This document shows positions 1 to 13,696 of a stretch of DNA of 64,000 bases, one piece after another; position 1 is the stretch's first letter, and the number at the start of each line of letters is the position of its first letter. The position numbers and the translations under genes were made by a program. The notes below the pieces were generated by a model that did no database searches, was not told the DNA's origin, and saw nothing but the letters and a program-made list of their open reading frames with translations. Source of the DNA: Camelus ferus (taxonomy: Eukaryota); contig NC_045698.1 of the NCBI RefSeq assembly GCF_009834535.1, positions 4,714,001 through 4,778,000 on the forward strand, in the 5' to 3' direction.

Positions 1-1059
1 GCATCCTCATCACAGAAAAGTTGCCTGTTTCTTGTCTGTCCTCAGGGTTTCGTGAACAGGGTCTCTTCCCTACTGTTATTTATTCTGCCCTCTTCCAAAT
101 TGATCAGGATGATTTCTCAACAGGGTGTTTAGGAAACATAAGAACATGGAAAAGTTGTTAAGACTGTGATTTAAGGACCTTAGGGAAGTCACGGGAAATA
201 TCCTGCAGAAATACCAGTGGTTAGTCGTGAGAAGGTTGACCTTTGTAACCTTCTGTGTGTTTGTTCCTCAATCCCAAACAGTGCCGGCTCTGTGTCCATC
301 ACTCCGACACCTCACTGTCCAGCCACAATGCTCACCCTCAGTCTGTGATATTTGATCCTGGCTCACAGCCAGTGCTGATTTATTAGAGCCAGACAGTAGT
401 GCTAGTGAGATTCTCCCAAGAGGGAATCTGTAATTTTGAATGTAAAAGCTCAGGGAGTTGGAGGCCCTGGGGCTGAGTCAGGGTGTGATATTGACACAGG
501 GCACGTCTCCTTCTAGCTGGAATACAGAGCAGCTCTAATGAGTTCTACAGAAAGCAATTTCTTGGGACCTGGGTATGAGAATATGCTAGAGACATCTGCA
601 ATGGATAGTGCAGCTGAGAATACACACGTGACCTAAGCTTTGTGTGGAGCTCTGCTCTTGAGCACAGCGATGCCAGGGTGCAATTAATCCACTGGCAGCG
701 TTGACACCTTGATAGGACTAAAGCATGGTTCCCACTGCTAGAGATCTTCTCAACCTGTTGGAGCTTCTCTGTCTGTTTCTCTAGGATTTTCTTTGATATT
801 ATTACCTTCTCTACATTGTCCCCTGCTAAGCTGGTATTGTGTCTCCAGGAAACCCTTGTTTGTTTGGTAACAGGTAGATTTCACTGAATCCTTTCCATCT
901 TGGTGGGAGCAATTGTCTCTTTACTGAATGAACACTCATGCTGGATTTGCAGTTTTATTTTCTGCCTGCCTGTTAGCAGGACCACAGGCGGAATCAAAGG
1001 ATGCCTTCCATGTGATCATGTTAGTCTACAACGTATTTGTCAGAGGTTGCTTTTGCTCC

Positions 1060-1330
1060 ATGAGGCAGACAGCTGAGTACAACAGCCACACCACACAGGT
1101 TTTGTTTTGGTTTTATCCTTCATGTAATGAGGAGCCTGGAGGGAGGCGGCCCAGGATCGGTGCCAGGCACATAGTATCAATATCCCCACCTTCTTCTGTC
1201 TTTCTGCTCCTCAGATGATACTACAGCCTTATTCCAGGTGGGAAGAAGGGCAAAGTTGAAAGGCAAAAGGCCTTTACCAGCTGAGTTTGTCTTTTTTGTC
1301 AAGAAAACAGTTTCCTGGATGTTGTGTCTT
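1060..1330 (-). mobile_element. Degraded MaLR LTR fragment (MLT1-like)
   Basis: Motifs gaggagcctggagggaggcggcccagg and attccaggtgggaagaaggg resemble antisense old MLT1 LTRs; recognised from memory, boundaries approximate. Confidence 0.4.
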
Positions 1331-1602
1331 CACACCACTGTTCAGTGATGCTGTCTCCTCCACTGGAAGGTGAGCAGTGTGAGGGCAGGGATCACCTCAT
1401 GGTGTCACTTTGTGTTCTCAGTACCAATCCCAGGGACCTGCACAATGAATGTACCAAATGGATAAGAGATAAGTGGGTTCCTTATCCCTTATGCTCCTGT
1501 GGTCTGCAGGAGAGCCCTGGGCTGGAGGTCAACAATGGATGAGTGGGCTGTCGTCCCTAAACCACTGACAGTAGCTGGAACTCCGTGGCTTCAGCACCCC
1601 AC

Positions 1603-1609
1603 TGTGTGT

Positions 1610-1645
<36 letters not shown>

Positions 1646-1840
1646 TTGTGTGAGCACCTGTGAGAGGGTGTGTGAGTGTGTAAGTATGTGTGGTGTGCAC
1701 TGTGTGAGCATATGTATGCATGTATGTAAGCATGTGTATGCTGCACATGTGTCAGTGAGTGAAAGTGTGTTCATGCACATGTCTGGATGTGTGTGTGTGG
1801 ATGAGTGTGTGGTGTGTGCACATGTATGCATGTGTGTGTC
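1603..1840. repeat. (TG)n microsatellite with degenerate TG-rich tail
   Basis: Near-perfect TG run at ~1603-1641, then interrupted tg/tatg/catg repeats; explains the His/Thr- and Cys/Val-rich ORFs here. Confidence 0.95.
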
Positions 1841-2544
1841 TTTTCTTTGGCTTTGTTTGAATTGCGAAGTGTCAATAAATTAATCAAATTTACTGCATTC
1901 TGTGATTAATTCTGATGCCTTTAAAAAGAGGTTATTTGATATTTTTTCTAAGAAGTACAGTGATGTCTTTTAAAAAGGACACATTTGCCCCTTTCCTGGT
2001 GGGGTGTCTTCTTTCTAATTCTCACCTTATAATATCTTATGCTCAACTCCCAGAAACACGATAAACACTAGTGATCTTGTCAGGCATGATGGTCTAATTC
2101 CTGGCTTCAGTGGGAGTCTTAGGTACGATTTTGCCTGTTGATATAAGATAACCATTCTTTATCATGTTAACCAACTGTTATTTTTTAAATTCCTGTTTTG
2201 TTAAGAATTTTAACCAGTAATAAACATTGAATTACATCAAAAGCCTTTTAAAGCAGCTATTGAAATATTTGTCTTCTTTTTGCTCTTTTGTGTGATAGAT
2301 GGATATTGCCGTAAACTCTATATTTCATTGGAATGTTGTTTTGATACACTTTAACTCAATTTGCCAATGTTTTAGGATTTTATATGTATATGTATGCAAC
2401 CTCTGTCAAATTTGGCATCTGATTATTTTAGCTAAAGTGAATTTAAAAAACGCTTTATGTTTTCCACATTCTATAGCATTGTCATGATCATTTCCTTGCA
2501 GCTATGACAAATTACCAAAAAATTTATTAACATATATTTGTGAC

Positions 2545-3620
2545 CTTTTTAAAAATCAACTTTTAATTTTAGAAGAGTTTTAGATTTGCAAGAAACGCCA
2601 CAGATAACACTGAGTGTTCCCACCCCCACACCCACTTCCCGTATTGTTACTGTCTTGCTTAGAATGGAAGCTTTGTTACAGTTTGTGGACCAGTCTCTAT
2701 GCCTTACTGTTAACTAAACCCCATTCTTGATTCTGATGTCCTCAGTTTTTACCCAATGCCTTTGTCTAAACCAAGGTCCCACCCTGGACACCACGTTACA
2801 TTTTGACACTGTGGCTCCTTGTGCTCCTTAGATGCCTCTGGCTGTGGCGGCTATTCAGGTTTTCCTTGTTCTTGATGACCTTGACAGTTTTGAGGGGTTC
2901 TGGTCATGTGTTTTGTTGAATATCCATCCTCTGGGATTTGCCTGAAGTTTTTCTCACGGCTAGAGATGTGTTATGGCTTTTGGGGAGGAGGACCACAGAG
3001 GTAAAATGCTTTCTTATCATATCGTATCGAGGGCGTGCATGACCAACAGGACTTACCACTGATGATGGTGACCTTGCTCTCCTGGCTGAGGTCTTGTTCG
3101 TCAGGTTTCTCCTCTGTGAAGCTAGCCCCATCCTTCCATTCTTCAGTCTTTGGAAGGAGGCCACTTTGTGCTGCCCACACTTAAGGGGTGGGGAGTTGTA
3201 ATTCATCTCCGTGAGGGCAGAGGAACCACGTAATTCATTTAGAATTCTGCAGGGGAGGTTTATCTCTTCACCTCCATTTATTTATTATTCATTTATTTAT
3301 TTGTATCAGTATGGACTCAAGGACACTGGTCTTGTACTTGGGTTATGATCCAACGTGGCTTTATTTATTTTATTGCTCAAATTATTCCAGTTTTGAGACA
3401 TTGGAAGTGATTTCAGTTGGCTCCTGTGTCCCTTGACCTTGGGGTTGTCTTTTTTATTTTTTTTCTTTTCCTGATCATTCCCTGACTTTCTGGCATTATA
3501 AGACATTATAAGGTGCTCCAGGCTCATCTTGCCCTAGAATTAGCCATTTTTCCTAGGAGCCCTGATTTCTTTTATTGGAGAATGATATTAGAAACCAGGA
3601 TCTGGGTTTTGGGTTTGTGC
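2545..3620 (-). mobile_element. LINE-1 3'UTR (L1MC/L1MD-like), antisense
   Basis: Begins ttttaattttagaagagtttttagatttgcaaga, includes ttcttgatgaccttgacagttttgagg and ends attagaaaccaggatctggg, typical of the antisense L1MC/MD 3'UTR. Confidence 0.8.
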
Positions 3621-3899
3621 CCTTTTTTGGAGATAATTTTTTATGACAAATATTTTGTATCCTTTTTCAAGTTGATTTTGATGATTTAATTTTTTTGGAA
3701 AACCATAATTTTTTGTGACATTTTAAATTTAAGCAGCATACACTTGTATAATACAACATTCAAAATTGTTTTTAAAATGCTATTTCTGTATTATCTCTAG
3801 CTGTTTTAAAACTCAACTCCTGGAATAGTTTAGCAAGTCTACTGATTTCTTTTCATTAACGTCTGATTTGAATTTACTATTTCTTTCCTCCTGCTTCCC

Positions 3900-4800
3900 T
3901 GGAAATGCATTTCCCCAGATTTTTAAGTTTATGACTTTTTTTTGAGTAAATATTTAGTTCACGTAATTTTCTTCTTCTTCTTTTAATAGTGAATGCATTT
4001 AAAGAAATAAAATTTTCTTTTAAATACAGTTTTGGTACATACTCTGAGATTTTGATATATTACAGCCCCAAATTAAAATGGTAGACTTCTTAGAAAATTT
4101 ACTTTTGTTTGCTCTTTAACCAAGAGTTATTTCTGAGGATGTTTTAAAATCTCTGGAAGGAAGTATTTTATTTAAGTTTTACTAATGTGTGTTTTTTTCC
4201 AATCTTAAGATCACTTTTGGTTAATAATTCTGTTGATACATGTAAGCAGCTTATCTTCTCTTTGTAGAATGAACAGAATCAAGTGCATCAATGAATTTGC
4301 AATTATATTATTTACATTTCCTGAATCCTTGGTTTAGGCATACTAGATCTGTTTTACACTGAGTCCCGTGTCCTGCTCTATTTCCTTTCATTTCCTTTTT
4401 TTTTTTTTAATCAAATGTTCTTTTTTTAAATCTCCTTTTCTGTGCAGATTTTGAGGATAAGCTATTTGTCTCAAAGACTTCATGACTCTTTCCCTTTGAT
4501 TTTGGATTATCCCTTAAACTGAAGTGAAGACTCCTCTTTGTCACATTTAATTCATTTTGCCTTGGATTCTGGTCTGGTGTTGATGTGCTCTGATTTCTTT
4601 TTATATGTGTTTTCCTGATGGATCTTCATTCATCTTTTTATTTTTAACTTGTCTGCTTTGTTTTATTCTTTGTCTGCCTTTTGTAAGCAGCACATAAGAT
4701 TGATATTATTAACCCAGTTTGAGTGTGTGTGTCCTTTATTAGGTAGGGGGATTTACTTGATTAAATATATGGTTGCTATGCATATATTAAATTACCTTCA
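3900..4800 (-). mobile_element. Highly decayed old LINE-1 fragments
   Basis: T-rich sequence with antisense L1 ORF2-like motifs (gattttgatatat, tttaaccaagagttattt, ttcatcttttatttttaactt). Confidence 0.5.
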
Positions 4801-4849
4801 ACCATCCTCATCTCTTTCCCCTCCTCCTCCTCCTCCTCCTTCCTTTTCT

Positions 4850-5105
4850 GAAGTCTGCTTTCTGGTGAGGGGAGCAGCCCAGCTCTCTTGTTTGGGGGGG
4901 AACAGTGGTGGAGGGTCCTGGAGTCCGTGCCCAGTGGGGCGTACTAGGATCTCCATAGGGGCTGACCCTCAGCGTGGCCTCAGGCATTGTCCCTGGCTGC
5001 CAAGCCCCCTGCCTCACTAGCGAGCTGGACCCCTGCTATCCTCTAATGAATTCCTTCCCTACTTAAGCTGGCTGGTGGCAGGTCTCTTCTTACAATTAAG
5101 AGCCT
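4850..5105 (+). mobile_element. Old ERVL-class LTR 3' part (LTR16/MLT-like)
   Basis: Ends ctctaatgaattccttccctacttaagctggctgg...ttacaattaagagcct, the usual LTR polyA-signal/terminal pattern. Confidence 0.5.
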
Positions 5106-5257
5106 ACTATACAGCACAGGGAACTATATTCAACATCTTGTAATAACCTATAAGGGGAAAAAAATCTAAAAGAAATAAATCACTTTCCTGTACACTTGAA
5201 ACATTGTAAATCAACTATACTTCAATACAATTTTAAGATAACTTAAAAAAGAAAACC
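5106..5257 (+). mobile_element. Short 5'-truncated young LINE-1 3' end (cetartiodactyl type)
   Basis: ctatacagcacagggaactatattcaacatcttgtaataacctataa...ttgtaaatcaactatacttcaata followed by an A-rich tail. Confidence 0.85.
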
Positions 5258-6008
5258 CTGGGATAGCAGGAATGAAGAGTTAAAGCTCGCAAGACGTGGC
5301 TTATAGGCGAGCAGGGAGGGAAGCGAGCTTCCTGCTGGTGGCTCCCGGGTGCCAGGGATTCAGCAGGTGCAGGGCCCCCGCGCGGGCGGTGCGAGCACAT
5401 GATTGCCTCAGCTCTGGGCTCCCGGGAGACGGAGTGATGGTGCCTTTCCTCCTGGGTCACCTGGGTGTATCCATGACTCTCTTGTGAGGCTGAGTACAGA
5501 GGCCGCCTACTAGCCATCACTAGTCCCTTAAAAACGTAAAACAAAAAAGCCAATGAAACATTCACATTTCAAATATAGTATTCATATCGAGTTGCTTCTC
5601 ACTGAGGTCCTTCAGGTTTCAACGAACTTGTGTTACCACAGGTGAGTGAAGGAGGAAGGTTCTCCTACAAGGTGTGAGGATTGGCAGAAGCACAAGAACA
5701 TGTTTCTGGAGACAGTCACCCAGATGCACTAGAGTTGGGAGGTGGCTGCCCATTTCTGGTTGGTGTAAACACCAACATTTCTGAACAGGGCAGTCAGTGG
5801 TCTCTTTGGAACGATCTATCTTGTTCTGGTACACAGAATGGAACATGTGGTGTGTGCTCTGAGAGTCTGCTTCAAAATCCATTTCCATATTGCTGTAAGT
5901 AAAGGGAATTTTCCCAGACACCGACATATGGTTTTTGGTGCTGTTGCCAGTCTTGGTCTCTGTTTTTCTAGAATCCACCACGTTACACAATTCTGGAGAC
6001 TTAATTGT

Positions 6009-6490
6009 ATTTTGTACTGGTTTCCTATGGCTGCTCTAACAAATGACCACAAATGAAGGGTCTTAAAACAAGACACATTTTTAATCTTGCAGTTCTGTAG
6101 GTCAGAAGTCTGATGCGGGTCTTACTGGGCTAAAATCCAGGCATTGGCAGAGCTTCCGTCCTTTCTGAAAAGTTCTTGCCCTTTCCAGCCTCTAGAATCT
6201 GCCTGTGTTCCTAGGGGGATGGCCCCTTCCTCCATCTGCAAAGTTAACAACTTTGGACTGAGTCCTTCTCATCTTGCCATTTCTGTGGTTCTCCCTTCTG
6301 AGTAGCTCCTCCTTCATTTTTGACTCTTGTGATTACACTGGGCCCACCTGGATAATCCAGCATAATCTGTCCATCTCAAAGTCAACTGATTAGCAACCTT
6401 AATTCCATTTGCCTGAAACCTAACATATTCACGGGTTCTGGACTTAGGATGTGGACATCTGTGGGGGGCATTCGTTTTTCTAGTACTTAA
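6009..6490 (-). mobile_element. MaLR solo LTR (MLT1C/D-like)
   Basis: tgtactggtttcctatggctgctctaacaaatgaccacaaa...gattacactgggcccacctggataatccag...ttaggatgtggacatct is the antisense MLT1 signature. Confidence 0.85.
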
Positions 6491-6844
6491 TGCCACTGTC
6501 CTTCCATGTACGCAGCACTTCATGCGGCTGTGAGACATGGAAGCCCTGCTGACATTGGGAGGACGAGGGGGGATCCCGACTCTAGCTGCCATGTTACCAT
6601 AGAAATGGAGAATTTTCTGGCTTGATTTTGAAATGGAACCATTATTTGGTACATAGAGTCCCACTAACAGCAGTGCTTCAAGCAGCTCCACAGAGGCTCC
6701 TAGCTGCCATGTCGTTTGCTTGAGAGTGGAATTTGTGTAAGAGGCTTCATCATGGACCCAAGTGAGATGGCTTAAGTATGGAAGGCTCAGAGGTGTCCGC
6801 CCTTTTCTGGGACAGTTACACAGCTCACTTTCACATCCATCTTT

Positions 6845-7270
6845 AAATTTTTTTTTAAACTTAAAGATAATTTTAAGCTTACAGAAAAGTTGCAAAGATA
6901 GCACAAAGAGTCCCTGTGTACCACTCACCCAGCATGCTACCTTGTATAACCACAGTACAGTTTCAAAACTGAGAAACTAATGCTGGTGCATTACTCTTAG
7001 CTGAGTTACATTCAAGTTGGATTTCACCATTTTTCTGCTAATATCCTGTTCTGTTCAGTACTGAACCCAGAATCCACACTGCATATTGTTGTTACAACTC
7101 CTTGTCTATTCAGTCTGTGACAGGCCTCAGTCTTTCCTGGTCTTTATGCTCTTGCCATGTTTGAAGAGCAGTGGTCAGGTGTTCTGTAAAATGTCCCTCC
7201 ATTTGGGGTTATCTTATCTCTTCTTGCAATTAGATTGAAGTTATGCATTTTGAAGAACACCACACACAAT
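6845..7270 (-). mobile_element. LINE-1 3'UTR (L1MC-like), antisense
   Basis: aattttaagcttacagaaaagttgcaaagatagcacaaagagtccctgtgtaccactcacccagc; same family of 3' end as the 2545 copy. Confidence 0.8.
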
Positions 7271-8199
7271 TTGTAACCTGAATTCTGTGAATATTTAGAT
7301 GTTTTTGTAGCCTTTATCCTGACCTCCCACGAGTGACATGCCCCTTTGCATTATCTCCTGACCTTTGGCCTCCAGTAGAACTTAACCGCTCATCATTTTC
7401 CCAACTCGGATGGCCCTTTCCTCCAGTGTATTCGCTGACACACACACATGGCTTGGCTGCCACTCAAAATTTCACGTCTAAGACCGTAGCTCCTGGGGCT
7501 ACCTTTCCCCAACAGAATCTCTCATTCAGATGCTTTGTGTTTTCACTCATTCCAAACTTGGTATTTTTCCTCATTCTGACCTCATGTCACACTTTTCCCT
7601 TTCCCTCCCCCGCCTCTCTCCAAAGATTAGTTTGAAGGTGACATGAGGTGAGGGAGGAGCACGACACTGAGTCTAGCAAGTGATTCGTGGATGGGAGTCA
7701 GCAGTGGTAATAGCCAGCCTTTTTCTGGCTTTGACTGTCTCCTTTTCAGTCCATCTCCTAAACATCTGTCACCCATGGCTGTCACAGGCAAAGAACGAAC
7801 CTTGTTCCTGCCTTCCTCATTTTCCCTGGGTGAGTTCAGCCAGCCATCCTTTTGCTTTCTGTTCATACTGAGCAAAAACAAACAAGGAAACGAAAAACTA
7901 AAACACAAGAAAACATGAGTAATCTTGCTAATTGGCTAATTGGTTCTGCTAACATTAGAGATAAACTATTGTGCCTTAGCTGAGACCCAGTACTGTAAGA
8001 CTCTCTTTTACCCATTTTTAGGTACTTTCCCTTTGCTCTAATCCCTAAATGGATCTTTTTGCTACACATCCCTCGAAAAAGTCAAATAGCATCTTTCCGC
8101 TTGCTTGGAAGTCCTTCTCCTGCTCACAGTTTACCTGGGTCCTTCCTTCCTTCTCGCTGTTTTGAAGAGGAGGTTTAGTCTTTGCCCTGAGATGTTCAC

Positions 8200-9650
8200 C
8201 AGATGCTCTGTTCCAATCTGCCACCTTTCCCTGCCCCACCCCCCACCCCCTACGTCAGCAATCATCCTTCCTCTGACTCTTGCAGGTCCTTTCTGTGGCC
8301 TTCCCTACAGGCTTCCTCCCCAAAACAAAGATGCTAACATCTCTGTTACAGGGTCTCTAGCTTGCCTTACCCACCTCCTTTCTCATCAGAGTTCTCAAAA
8401 GAATGAAATCATGCTCTGCCTGCAGGTCCCCATTGCCATTCATGTCTTACATTAAAATCTGACTCCCCACCCCCACCCCCGGCCCTTAACGCTGCTGGAA
8501 CTCTTCAACCTGATTGCTGCATGTAATAACATTTTAAATTCTGCTAGGGATGACTGTGGCATTTGTCACAACTCACCAGATGTTCCTTTCGGAAGTTCAC
8601 GCCTCCTCTGATTCCCATGGAACTGCAGTTTTGGGTAATTTCTCAGCTCTTACTGTTAATCCTCCGCTTCCATTGGAAGCTCAGTTCCGTGTCTTCAATT
8701 TTAACGGCATCTGTGGTTCTCCTCTCTCCTCCCTCCATCTCTCCCTGGGTCCCCTCATTGCTTTCTATGGCTTTGACCATCACTTCAATGCAAAGGACTC
8801 AGCGTCTGTATTTCTAGTCCTGGCTCCATCCTGAGATCCCTCTCTCAGCCCCGAACCCACAGATCCCAGGTGCAGACACATCACCTTTGCTTTCTCCCTC
8901 CTGTTCTTACATCCTGTTCCTCTTGCAGGAAGGAGCTGCACAGGACAGAGCTCCAGGTTTTTTATGAGACATTCTTTCTACCACCTAGCCAGTGATCAAT
9001 GGGAGCTTTGAAGCAGCATTTAGCTCAATTTATCTCTTTGTATCTCTTTCCTTCCTTGTCTTTTTGTTTTCCTTTTTCATGAAGGAGCCCCCTGGTTTCC
9101 ATTCTTCTGATACCGTGTCCCCCTGGTTCCTTTGCCCAATGTGCATACTACCCGAGTGCCAGTAAACCCCCGCAACTGTAGCTCTGATGCAAACCTCTCT
9201 GCTGTGCTCCAGGCAGAGGAGTGGTCTTTCCCTTTGGATAGACCACAAGCATCTCAGACTCGAGATGTCCAGCGGAATTAATTTTGCTTCCCTTGAAAAC
9301 TCTCCTTCTCCAGATTCCCTTGTTCAGGGGATGCAGTGGGTCCAGAAAGCAGAAGTCATCTGACCCTTTTCCCTCCCACTCACCCCCAGCAAAGGACTAG
9401 ATACCACCCTCTCAGTAGCCCTCCCATCTGTCCTCTCCTATCACCTCTGGTTCCATTGCCTTAGTTCTCGTCCCAGTAGCTTCCTCACTGGCCCACTCTC
9501 TCCAATTCTTTTCCCTCTTCTAGCCCAAGCATCCTGCAAAAGCCAGAGGAGAGATTTCTAAAGTGTGAATTCTGTCTGGTCCCTCTCCCGACTATAATCA
9601 TTCAGAGGGGCTCTCCATCTCCTTCAGGGTGAAATCTTCTTAGAATAGTT
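8200..9650 (+). mobile_element. LINE-2 fragments
   Basis: Pyrimidine-rich, with L2 motifs ggctttgaccatcacttcaatgcaaaggactc, agcatctcagactc and agccagaggagagatttctaaag. Confidence 0.7.
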
Positions 9651-9654
9651 AATG

Positions 9655-9797
9655 TGTAATAAATATATAATAAGTATTATAATATAAATATATATTTATA
9701 TACACATACTTAAATATATAAAATAAATATAATTATATAAGAATATTATATAATAATACTGATAAATACACAATAGTATATATAATAATAATAAAAC
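9655..9797. repeat. AT-rich low-complexity (TA)-type tract
   Basis: Almost exclusively A/T with tata/taat repeats. Confidence 0.9.
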
Positions 9798-10290
9798 AGT
9801 TTGCTATTGCCACAATAATGTTTCTTAACAAAATGTCACAGAACATAGTGACCTGCAAGGACGGCCATTTGTTCTTAGGCTCACGTGTCTGCAGGTCAGC
9901 TGTGGACTGGCGGTTTCACTCTGGGCTTGGCTGGGCACCCCAGGCTGCAAGTGAGCAGGGCTTGCCCTTAGGCTGTGGTTGGGGTTCACGTCCACTCTCT
10001 GTGGGGCAAAGGAGAAATGGCCACTTGGTGACCATTCTTCCTGTAGAGGATAACTAGCATCTGAGAGGGTGTGTGGGGACTGAGATGTCTCTGGAGGCTG
10101 CGGTCTGGAACTAGCGTGCTATCACTTCTGTTCACCTTCTTGTGGCTTTAAAAAGTCACATTGTGAAGTCCAACATCCTTGCAGCAGGAGCAGATACTCT
10201 GCCCACCCTGGTGGGCAGTATGCCAAGTCCCAGGGAACAGGCAGGGACGCAGGACTCAGATACAGAGAGGACATGAAGAGCTGCAAATGG
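9798..10290 (-). mobile_element. MaLR LTR (old MLT1) inserted in L2
   Basis: ttgctattgccacaataatg...ggctcacgtgtctgcaggtcagctg...aagtcacattgtgaagtccaacatc; L2 resumes afterwards. Confidence 0.7.
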
Positions 10291-10379
10291 TGGTAGCACC
10301 CGAGGCTTGGGAGAACTCTGTCTTATCCAGATCCGTCGCTCCCTGGTCTCAGAATTCCTTCCCCACACTGTGGCCCGCT

Positions 10380-10770
10380 CCACCAGACCTGCCCCCTGGC
10401 CAGGCCGTCTGCTCTCCCACCGCCGTGCTTTAGACATGTCCTTTCTTCTGCACGGGAAGACGTCCCCTCTGCTCCCCCTGGAGTGCTCCCCTGGCCTCCT
10501 TAGCCCCAGCGCTGCTGTCTCTACCTCCAAAAGCGTCCTTACCTTCCAGGCTAGGTTAGGTCCTCACAGCCAGTGTTTCCATCACACCAGTTTCACCACT
10601 CTCTGCACACATTTTCTGTCAGGGAGAAGCATTTTATTCTTCTTATTTTGCCTCTTCCAGCAGGTTCTAAGCTCCTTTAGTTCAGGATGTTTATTCTCAG
10701 CTTCTTGTATAGAACCAAGTCTGTTCTGTATGCTCAATAAATATTTGTTGAATAAATGAATGGATGAGTG
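10380..10770 (+). mobile_element. LINE-2 3' end
   Basis: Terminal tgctcaataaatatttgttgaataaatgaatggatga is the canonical L2 tail. Confidence 0.85.
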
Positions 10771-11689
10771 TGCAGACGTCTGCTTCTGAGCACCATTTCA
10801 TTACATCGTTCATCTTATGAAATCCTACATTATACAGTCATACTTTAAAACAGGTTTAAAAAATCGCACACACACTGGAAGACATTTACAGAACAGTAAT
10901 TTTTCTCTACCCATTTTTTGTGAACAGACTTGCTTCCTTTAGTAGCCAAGCTAATTTAGAGAAGAATATTGTCTTTGTCCTTGCATTTTGGATCAATTTG
11001 ATTTACTTTCTTTCAACAACATCTATATTGGGTGGTGATTACACAGCAGCCTTGTTTTTCTTGGATTTTGCCTTGGGCACAAAGAAACTATATTTCACCT
11101 TTAAACAATGAGCTCAAAATAGATTTTTTATTGCAATACCCAGATTAATTCAGATATCACCCAATTTTGACTTGGCGTACTTCAGAGCCTGAGTGTGGGT
11201 TATTTTATTACTCTGGAAAGTGAAGTGAGTAAATGGTTTCTTGATCTAATCTTAGCTAGTTCTGAGTCACATAAACTCTGATCGATCAAACTCTGAAGTT
11301 TGTTTATGCCCACAGGAGACTCAAGGAATGTAAAATTAGAAAAATGCTACAACAAACACGTGGACTTTGACCACAAATCTAAGCAAGATTAGCAATTTAT
11401 TAATTCGTGTAAAACTAGAAATTAAAATTTGCATTTGTCAGATATAAAAGAGCTACGTTATATTCCAGCCAGTGTTTTCCCTTACACTTTGTTCATTCAA
11501 CCACAGTTCTGCAGTATTGACTTTCTGTTAGGCACAAAGATCAAATCCTACAATAAGTCCTTTCTCATACGTCCTTACTGGGATGCCCCGTGGATTCCCA
11601 CACGGTGAGCTCTCCCTCACTGCAGTGAGTAAGAAACACAACTTGTTTAGCTAGAGGTGTGTCCCTGCTCACCCTGGCTGGAGGATGTT

Positions 11690-12185
11690 GACAGCACTTA
11701 ACAGGAACCCCCAAATAATAGTGCTTTAAACCAAAAGGGTTTGTTTTCTCGGGAGAAGCTGGGTGTGGGCGAGTCCAGGCTGGTGTGACAGTGTCTGTGT
11801 GTCATCAGGTCCAGTCTTCTCCTGATTGGCCACTTTCAGCACGTGGCTTCTATCACTGCATGCAACTCATGATTCAAGAAGCTGCTGGAGCTCCAGCCAT
11901 CATGTCTGCATCCTATGCAGCAGGAATGGAAGTAGAGAGAAGAGAAAAAAATGGTGCCCTTCCTACTTGTGTAAACCCCTTTTAAGAAGACTTCCTAGAG
12001 TCTTCCACACAATTTCACACGCTTCGATGACTGCAATTTAGTCACATGGGCACACCTTGTTGCAAGGGCAGATAAGAAATGTCTTTTAGCTGGGCACACT
12101 GCTTCCTTACATAGAGTCAGGATCCTGTTACCAAGTGACAAGGAAGAAAGAGACATTAGGGGGAGAACAACCACCTCTGCCACAA
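11690..12185 (-). mobile_element. MaLR LTR (MLT1J-like)
   Basis: gctgctggagctccagccatcatgtctgcatcc...tttagtcacatgggcacacc...acctctgccaca. Confidence 0.75.
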
Positions 12186-12779
12186 AGTATTTCTTCTTTA
12201 TTATCAGATCACCTGTCTGATTAAAACTGTATGTGGCTTCCAAATGCTCCTGTGGATTCGATGTCCGTAGTTCATAAACGTGTGCTTTGGACTCATCCTG
12301 TATCACCAGCCTTGGGTCAGAACTGCCTTTCTTGCCTCAGATCTCTCACACTTGCTACCTGTGGTGGAGCAACTACCCTGCATGTCTTCGACTCTGCACT
12401 CAACCCTCATTGTCCAGGGCCCTGCCAAGCCCTCAGGCCAGATGGCCACCTGTTCACCTAGCAAACGAAGCTCCCATGGGGCGGGAGCTGGCTGAGCACT
12501 TGGAGTAGTGTGGAGAAAGCAACGTTCTTGCTCCTGTGACACCTTTCTTCTGCAAACACACAAAGACATCGCTGTTTCTTGTGCTGACAGGGACGGATCT
12601 GGAGGACAAGAGAGGTTGGGGCCACCCAGGACCCACAGGGCTGGGATGGACCCTCAGCAAGAGCAGATGGGCTAGTGATTGGTGTTGAGCTGCAATATCG
12701 TCAGACCCACGTCTGGACCCCACATGCCTTCTCCCCCCTTTTCTTGTTCGTTCTGAACAAGGCAAGAGAAATCAAGGGC

Positions 12780-13120
12780 ACTAGAATGAGGGTGAAACTG
12801 AGGATAATGTGTCCTTGGAAAGGCTGTAGAGAAAGTGATGTTTGAATGGGGAACTGAGGGATGGGAAGGAGTGAGCTGTGGCTGGGAAGAGTGTTCCAGC
12901 CAGAATGTATAGCTGTGCAAAGGCCCTGAGGTCAGCACTTGATTGACATTCAGAGAACAGGAAGGAGGCCATGTGGTTGGAATAGAGAGTTCAAGAGTGT
13001 AGGTGGTGGGAGATGAGGTCTGGAGGTGATGGGGCTAGATCACACAGGGCCGCAGGGCTGGTAAAAGGACTTCAAGTGAGACGGGGGGCTTTGGGCTATG
13101 GGGACATGATCTCATTGTCT
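12780..13120 (-). mobile_element. LINE-2 fragment, antisense
   Basis: gggaagagtgttccagccaga...tgcaaaggccctgagg...ggaaggaggccatgtggttggaatagag...agatcacacagggcc. Confidence 0.8.
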
Positions 13121-13515
13121 CTCTTGTGGTGTCTTTGTTTAGCAGAGTTCCTGCTTGACAGAAATGTTTGGTAAGGCCTGTATGAAATTTTGAGATTGGT
13201 TTACATTTTTTGAATTATTGACAAAGAATGGATTTGGTTATTCCAGAATGGAATACTTTTGGGTGAAAAGATTTTCTTTTTCTTTATTCAGACTTTGAAC
13301 GTCTGAGATCATCCTCATCACCATAGTGTGCCACCTGGAGGGCTGGCCCCAAGTGACAAGCCACAAGGAGAGACCACGTGTTTCCGTGTGTTCACATGTG
13401 TTCACACGGAGAACAGCAGGACTGAGCACTGTGCTTTCAGAGGTGGGTGACTGTTATGGAGCCATGCTTTTCCTAGTCTCTCTTCTTTGCTTTTGGGTTT
13501 TTCTCCTCTATTCAG

Positions 13516-13696
13516 ATCACCCCACTTTCCTCCAAAAAGATAAAGATGGAGAAGAAAGCGAGACTAGCAGTGTGGAGTGGAGAACATAACAGCGCGCTTC
13601 TCCCAACACGACCCAGTCCCATCCGGGCTTTGCTCCAGAACACCTGAGACCAAGTCCTCACCCATTCTCGAGCCCAGCAGGCCTTTTCAGGCTCCT
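13516..13696 (+). other. Candidate non-coding exon (181 nt)
   Basis: Long polypyrimidine tract ending ttctcctctattcag, and donor cct|gtaagt at 13697; stop codons in all three frames. Confidence 0.3.
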
